64,000 nucleotides of DNA from an uncultured Anaerococcus sp. (GTDB taxonomy: Bacteria; Bacillota; Clostridia; Tissierellales; Peptoniphilaceae), in contig NZ_CALTUX010000004.1 in NCBI RefSeq assembly GCF_943912825.1, positions 2,476-66,475 of the forward strand. Reading direction: 5' to 3'. The translations under genes were made by a program, and so were the position numbers. Below are positions 60,145 to 64,000 of the stretch, piece after piece. Every line of letters starts with the position of its first letter. Positions within the stretch are counted from its first letter, which is position 1. The notes under the pieces were generated by a model that was not told the origin of the DNA, ran no database searches, and was given only the letters and a program-made list of their open reading frames with translations.

Positions 60145-60178
60145 TCAAAGCCCGGGACCCAAATCTCGGGCTTTTGGT
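60145..60178 (+). terminator. terminator hairpin
   Basis: aaagcccggg-acccaaatc-tcgggcttt followed by a T/G-rich tract. Confidence 0.55.
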
Positions 60179-60361
60179 GTGGGGAAATTGAATACGAGTT
60201 GGATCAGATTTTACAAAATATCTATCTAATCGACAATCTACAATCATATGAATAACCTAGAATTATATTTTTTTCTATAGACTGTTCCAAATACAGTTCA
60301 TCTTAAATATATTCAAATAAACACCAATTGATAATAGTAATCAGTATTTTTAGACTCTACA

Positions 60362-60545
60362 AAAAAACGCCCCAACCGCTGTATTTTCAAGCAGAATGTA
60401 ATGACAAGTATAAATGCAATCGCCTACGTAGGAATAATCCTACTAGTAGCAACCAGCGCCTAGGCTCTTCTTAACAAAAACAAAGACAAGAAATAAGATC
60501 AAAGCCCGGGGTTCAAATCTCGGGCTTTTGGTGTGGGGAATTTAA
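60362..60545 (+). repeat. degraded duplicate of the 3' end plus terminator of the surface-protein gene (second copy of a roughly 355-bp tandem duplication)
   Basis: acgccccaacc...atgtaa...caagtataaa...aatcgcctacgtaggaataatcctactagtagcaaccagcgcctaggctcttcttaacaaaaacaaagacaagaaataagatcaaagcccggg mirrors 60008-60185. An in-frame TAG replaces TAC. The downstream aaacacc(a/c)attgataat motif is also duplicated (60321 and 60681). Confidence 0.6.
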
Positions 60546-60753
60546 TAAGTTCAATCTAATTAAGAAATAAATCATATATAAGCAGCTTTCTAGACTATAA
60601 TAACCATTGTAATTACAATAGATCACAATTATTTTAATTAAACTATTTAATGATAAGCTAGCAAATAAAGCTAACTAGTAAACACCCATTGATAATGATA
60701 ATTAATCTTTATAATTAGCTTTTTCCATTTAAAAAGAGACCCTTTTCGGTCTC

Positions 60754-62145
60754 TTAATTTTGTATTTGGCTTTCTATGCTTTGGAGGGATTGTCTGTAGG
60801 TGCCTGTTTCTATGTCTGGGGTGGTTGGGTTTTCTTCGTTTATTGTTCCGTCTGGGGCGTAGCCTAGGGTGTTGGTGTAGGTAAAGACTAGGCCTGAATT
60901 TGGGAGGACTGAGTTGATTACTCCAAGTGTTATCCCGTCGCCTCCGGTTTGGCTGCCTACTATGGTGGCAAATTCTGTGTGTTTGATGAAGGATGCGAAG
61001 CCTTCTGCTGCTGAGAATACGTCTTTATCGACTAGGAGGAAGATTTTGCCTTCGTAGCCGTTGTCTTTTTTACTTTCGTCTGGGTTTATTGTTACGACGT
61101 CTTTAATGTAGTAGGTGAAGTCTTTTAGGTCTTCTGCGTGGTCTAGCTTTATGCCTGTGATGTCTACGTTTGAGAGTTTCTCTACATTTAGGGTGTCATC
61201 TGACAGGAGGATTCTGGCCTTGGCTGAGTCTTTGAAGAACATGTGGTTTATGACTTGTTTTTGCTCTGTGGCTAGCTTTGGTATGAGGAAGTTTTTCCAA
61301 TATTCCATGTTGCCGCCTACGTTGTCCCTTATGTCTATGACAAGTCCCTTGTACATGTGTTTGTTTCTTAGGAATTCGTCTAGGATTTCCTCATCTTTTT
61401 CGATTGACTTGTCATCTAGCATTTGGCTTACTTTTAGGATGGCTAGGTCGCCTTCGCTTGTTAGACTTAGGTTTGCAGCAGTTTTTGCTTCCCCTGACTT
61501 TTTCCTTCGCACTTTGCCTGAGTTGGCCCTGGATTGGACGCCTTCTAGGTCGTACCTATTTCTGACTGCCTGCCTGTTTAGATTGATAAATTCATAATAA
61601 ATTGATGGTTGATTCCAATTTTGTGAATAGTAATCGAGGGTGGTTTTGACGTAGGTCCTGTCTGCGACTTTGGCGTGGTAATTGTGGAGCTCTCCCATGA
61701 TGTCTGTTATGGCGTCGATGAATTCTTGGTCATTTTCGCAAGATTTGATCCTTGCCAGATAGATGTCGTGATTGTTTAGAAAATCTATCTTGTATTTCCT
61801 GTCTAGGACTCCAAAGAAGGGATAATTTTCCTTTAATTCTTCAAATAAATATTCAAAGTCTTCTACCATTTCAGCCTTGGTGAGCTTTTTGGGCTCTTGT
61901 GGGGCTGGGAGTTTGAGCTTGGCTGGAGCTTTTAGGGCCTTGAACCACTTTAGGTATTTTTCTTCGTTGAATTCTGCGATTTTGTCTGGATAGAAGCTTT
62001 CTGTAAGCGGGCTGATATTTTCCTGCATATCTCTTTCTATCTTTGATTTTTCAAGGCTCGCTATCCTTCTTTTGACGCAAGATGTGGAGCTTAGACCTAT
62101 TAATATGAGTAGGCAGAGAAAGATTAGCTCTTTACTTTTTCTCAT
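60754..62145 (-). CDS. S41-family peptidase (C-terminal processing protease-like), probable lipoprotein
   Basis: Active-site region DKDVFSAAEGFASFIK (Ser nucleophile) and a downstream Lys region. N-terminal signal with Cys (LSSTSC). Confidence 0.7.
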   Translation of the reverse strand: MRKSKELIFLCLLILIGLSSTSCVKRRIASLEKSKIERDMQENISPLTESFYPDKIAEFNEEKYLKWFKALKAPAKLKLPAPQEPKKLTKAEMVEDFEYLFEELKENYPFFGVLDRKYKIDFLNNHDIYLARIKSCENDQEFIDAITDIMGELHNYHAKVADRTYVKTTLDYYSQNWNQPSIYYEFINLNRQAVRNRYDLEGVQSRANSGKVRRKKSGEAKTAANLSLTSEGDLAILKVSQMLDDKSIEKDEEILDEFLRNKHMYKGLVIDIRDNVGGNMEYWKNFLIPKLATEQKQVINHMFFKDSAKARILLSDDTLNVEKLSNVDITGIKLDHAEDLKDFTYYIKDVVTINPDESKKDNGYEGKIFLLVDKDVFSAAEGFASFIKHTEFATIVGSQTGGDGITLGVINSVLPNSGLVFTYTNTLGYAPDGTINEENPTTPDIETGTYRQSLQSIESQIQN

Positions 62146-62479
62146 CTAGGCCTCCTCTTATGACCCAATCTCTCTTGTAGATGTCAAAGAGTATGGCAAT
62201 ATTTCCCAAAGGGTTGACTAGGGAATAGATTATTAAAAGTAGGCTTAAGATGGCTAGCCTTCCTTGTTCGGTTTTTTTGATTGCTACTTGGTTTTGCCTA
62301 GTAGATAAGGTAGCTAGTCCATAAATTATTGCCACCGGCCCAAAGATTTTCTCAAATATTTCCTTATAATAGATCCCAAAGGCAAGTATGCCTAAACCGG
62401 CTAGGACCCAGATTAGGCTTGAAATTTTGTTTAGTTTATTATATTTTTTTAATGATGAATTTTTCTTTCTTCTTTTCAT
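62132..62479 (-). CDS. small membrane protein, hypothetical
   Basis: 115 aa, basic N-terminus then 2-3 TM segments. Overlaps the S41 start by 14 nt. Confidence 0.4.
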   Translation of the reverse strand: MKRRKKNSSLKKYNKLNKISSLIWVLAGLGILAFGIYYKEIFEKIFGPVAIIYGLATLSTRQNQVAIKKTEQGRLAILSLLLIIYSLVNPLGNIAILFDIYKRDWVIRGGLDEKK

Positions 62480-62480
62480 A

Positions 62481-63491
62481 TCATAATTCTAGGTTGGGAT
62501 AGACTTTCATGAACTTGTCATCCCTTATACCTGCCTGGTAATCAAGATAGCCTGCCATGGCAATCATGGCTGCATTGTCTGTACATAGGATTGGTTCTGG
62601 ATGATAAAAACCTATATTTCTCTTGCCTAGTTCTTCTTCAAATCTCTCTTTTAATCTTGAATTGGCTGCGACTCCTCCTGATATGGCGAAGTTTTTGTAG
62701 CCTGTTTCTTCTAAAAGTCTTAGAGACTTGGCGACTAGGACATCTACTACTGCTTCTTGGAAGCTTGCTGCAAGGTCTGCCTTGTTGACTTCCCTACCCT
62801 TTTGCTCTTCTTGATTGGCGTAGTTTAGGACTGCTGTCTTAAGGCCTGAGAAGGAGAAGTCGTAGGAGTCTTTTTCTAACATGACCCTTGGAAAATCAAT
62901 GGCTGCCCCGTTGCCTTCCTTAGCTAATTTGTCAATTTTTGGGCCGCCTGGATAGCCTAGGCCAATCTTTCTTGCTATCTTATCATAAGATTCGCCGGCT
63001 GCATCATCTCTTGTGGTGCCGACTACTTCTATGTCTGTGTAGTCCTTGACCTTGCAAAGATAGGTGTGTCCGCCTGATACGACTAGGCAGATGAAAGGTG
63101 GCTTAAGGTCTGGGTTTGACAAGTAATTTGCGCAGATATGGCCTTTCATGTGGTTTGCTCCTACAAGGGGTGCACCAGTGGCAAGGGCTAGGGCCTTAGC
63201 TGCTGATATTCCAACAAGAAGCGACCCTATTAGGCCTGGGCCCTTGGTTACTGTAATTAAATCTATATCCTCATAGTTAAGTGCCGTATCTTTTAGGGCC
63301 TTTTCTATGAGGGGGTTGATGGCTTCTAGGTGCTTCCTAGAGGCAATCTCCGGAACAACCCCACCGAAGAGCGCATGGATATCGATCTGGCTTGAGATGA
63401 GGTTGGTTAATAATTCTCTTTCGTTTTTTAGGATGGCTACAGAGGAATCATCGCAAGATGTCTCTATGGCCAAGGTATAAAAATCACTCAT
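62481..63491 (-). CDS. tsaD: tRNA N6-adenosine threonylcarbamoyltransferase
   Basis: LAIETSCDDSSVAIL N-terminus with His-His metal motif region MKGHICANYL. 336 aa. Confidence 0.9.
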   Translation of the reverse strand: MSDFYTLAIETSCDDSSVAILKNERELLTNLISSQIDIHALFGGVVPEIASRKHLEAINPLIEKALKDTALNYEDIDLITVTKGPGLIGSLLVGISAAKALALATGAPLVGANHMKGHICANYLSNPDLKPPFICLVVSGGHTYLCKVKDYTDIEVVGTTRDDAAGESYDKIARKIGLGYPGGPKIDKLAKEGNGAAIDFPRVMLEKDSYDFSFSGLKTAVLNYANQEEQKGREVNKADLAASFQEAVVDVLVAKSLRLLEETGYKNFAISGGVAANSRLKERFEEELGKRNIGFYHPEPILCTDNAAMIAMAGYLDYQAGIRDDKFMKVYPNLEL

Positions 63492-63924
63492 GTATCTTCC
63501 TTATCATGTTGTAGGCATCTTCGCCTGTCTTTTGGTAGTAATTTTTTCTGATTTTTTGGCTAACAAAGCCGAATTTATTGTAAAGTTTGATGGCGGCAGT
63601 ATTTTTGGTAGAAACTTCTAACCAAATCTCATTTACATTACTCGCCTCGCTTCTTTTTATAATATCGTCTAAAAGGATTGAACCAATGCCCTCTGCCCTG
63701 TGGTTCTTATCCACAGCAATGGTGAAGATTTCAACCACATCGAGGATATGGCTTATTATGTAAAAGCCAACAACCTCCCCATCCTTTTCATAGACTATGT
63801 GTTTTAGAAATGAGTTGTCTTCAAATTCTTTAAGGAGCTGTTTCTTGGTCCATGGCTCAAAAAAGGATTCATTTTCTATTTGATAAACCTTATCTGTATC
63901 ATTTACAGTCATTTCTCTTATCAT
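63484..63924 (-). CDS. rimI: ribosomal-protein-alanine N-acetyltransferase (GNAT)
   Basis: GNAT motifs (VGFYIISHILDVVEIFTIAVDKNHRAEGIGSILL). Canonical tsaB-rimI-tsaD arrangement. Confidence 0.8.
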   Translation of the reverse strand: MIREMTVNDTDKVYQIENESFFEPWTKKQLLKEFEDNSFLKHIVYEKDGEVVGFYIISHILDVVEIFTIAVDKNHRAEGIGSILLDDIIKRSEASNVNEIWLEVSTKNTAAIKLYNKFGFVSQKIRKNYYQKTGEDAYNMIRKIHE

Positions 63925-64000
63925 TTTTCAAAAATTCCCTTTCCGCCTGGCTTTTTCTGAGGTAATTAGGACTAATCTCAAAAAGAGGTCTTGGCTTATA
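63899..64000 (-). CDS. tsaB: tRNA threonylcarbamoyladenosine biosynthesis protein TsaB, C-terminal end (partial; gene continues beyond the window)
   Basis: Minus-strand frame ...YKPRPLFEISPNYLRKSQAEREFLKNDKRNDCK* overlaps the rimI start. YLRKS(Q/E)AE is a typical TsaB C-terminus. Confidence 0.5.
   Translation of the reverse strand, partial: YKPRPLFEISPNYLRKSQAEREFLKNDKRNDCK

Overview
A 64 kb chromosomal segment from a low-GC Gram-positive anaerobe (Firmicutes-like). About two thirds is carbohydrate utilisation. There is a cytoplasmic N-glycan/mannoside degradation locus (GH84, GH38, GH125, GH1, two ROK/BadF-type sugar kinases, an RpiR regulator, an LplABC-type ABC importer with its own MsmK ATPase, and ManA). 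A second CUT1 ABC importer has a MalF-like permease with a long charged N-terminal extension. A LacI-controlled sucrose/fructooligosaccharide operon carries GH32, fructokinase, ABC importer and MsmK. There are also a GH13 oligo-1,6-glucosidase, housekeeping genes (pncB 3' end, radA, a C69 dipeptidase, tsaD-rimI-tsaB, an S41 peptidase, a LysR/YeiH pair) and a lipoprotein FMN-binding flavoprotein reductase pair typical of flavin-based extracellular electron transfer. Three things stand out. First, an AT-rich island at about 50.3-58.5 kb encodes a 918-aa DUF4062-like protein and an RM-like module in which a TaqI/Eco57I-like gamma-class N6-adenine methyltransferase is split across two translationally coupled ORFs; a second copy of the methyltransferase N-half is fused to the C-terminus of a T5orf172-SF2(DEAH) helicase protein. 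Second, a roughly 1 kb imperfect palindrome with G-tract-rich arms fills the intergenic region at 26.4-27.4 kb. Third, a dispersed non-coding repeat family appears at 36.1 kb and 44.4-45.2 kb. Two distinct palindromic operator families recur in the promoters of the sugar operons. No rRNA, tRNA, CRISPR array or transposase gene was seen.
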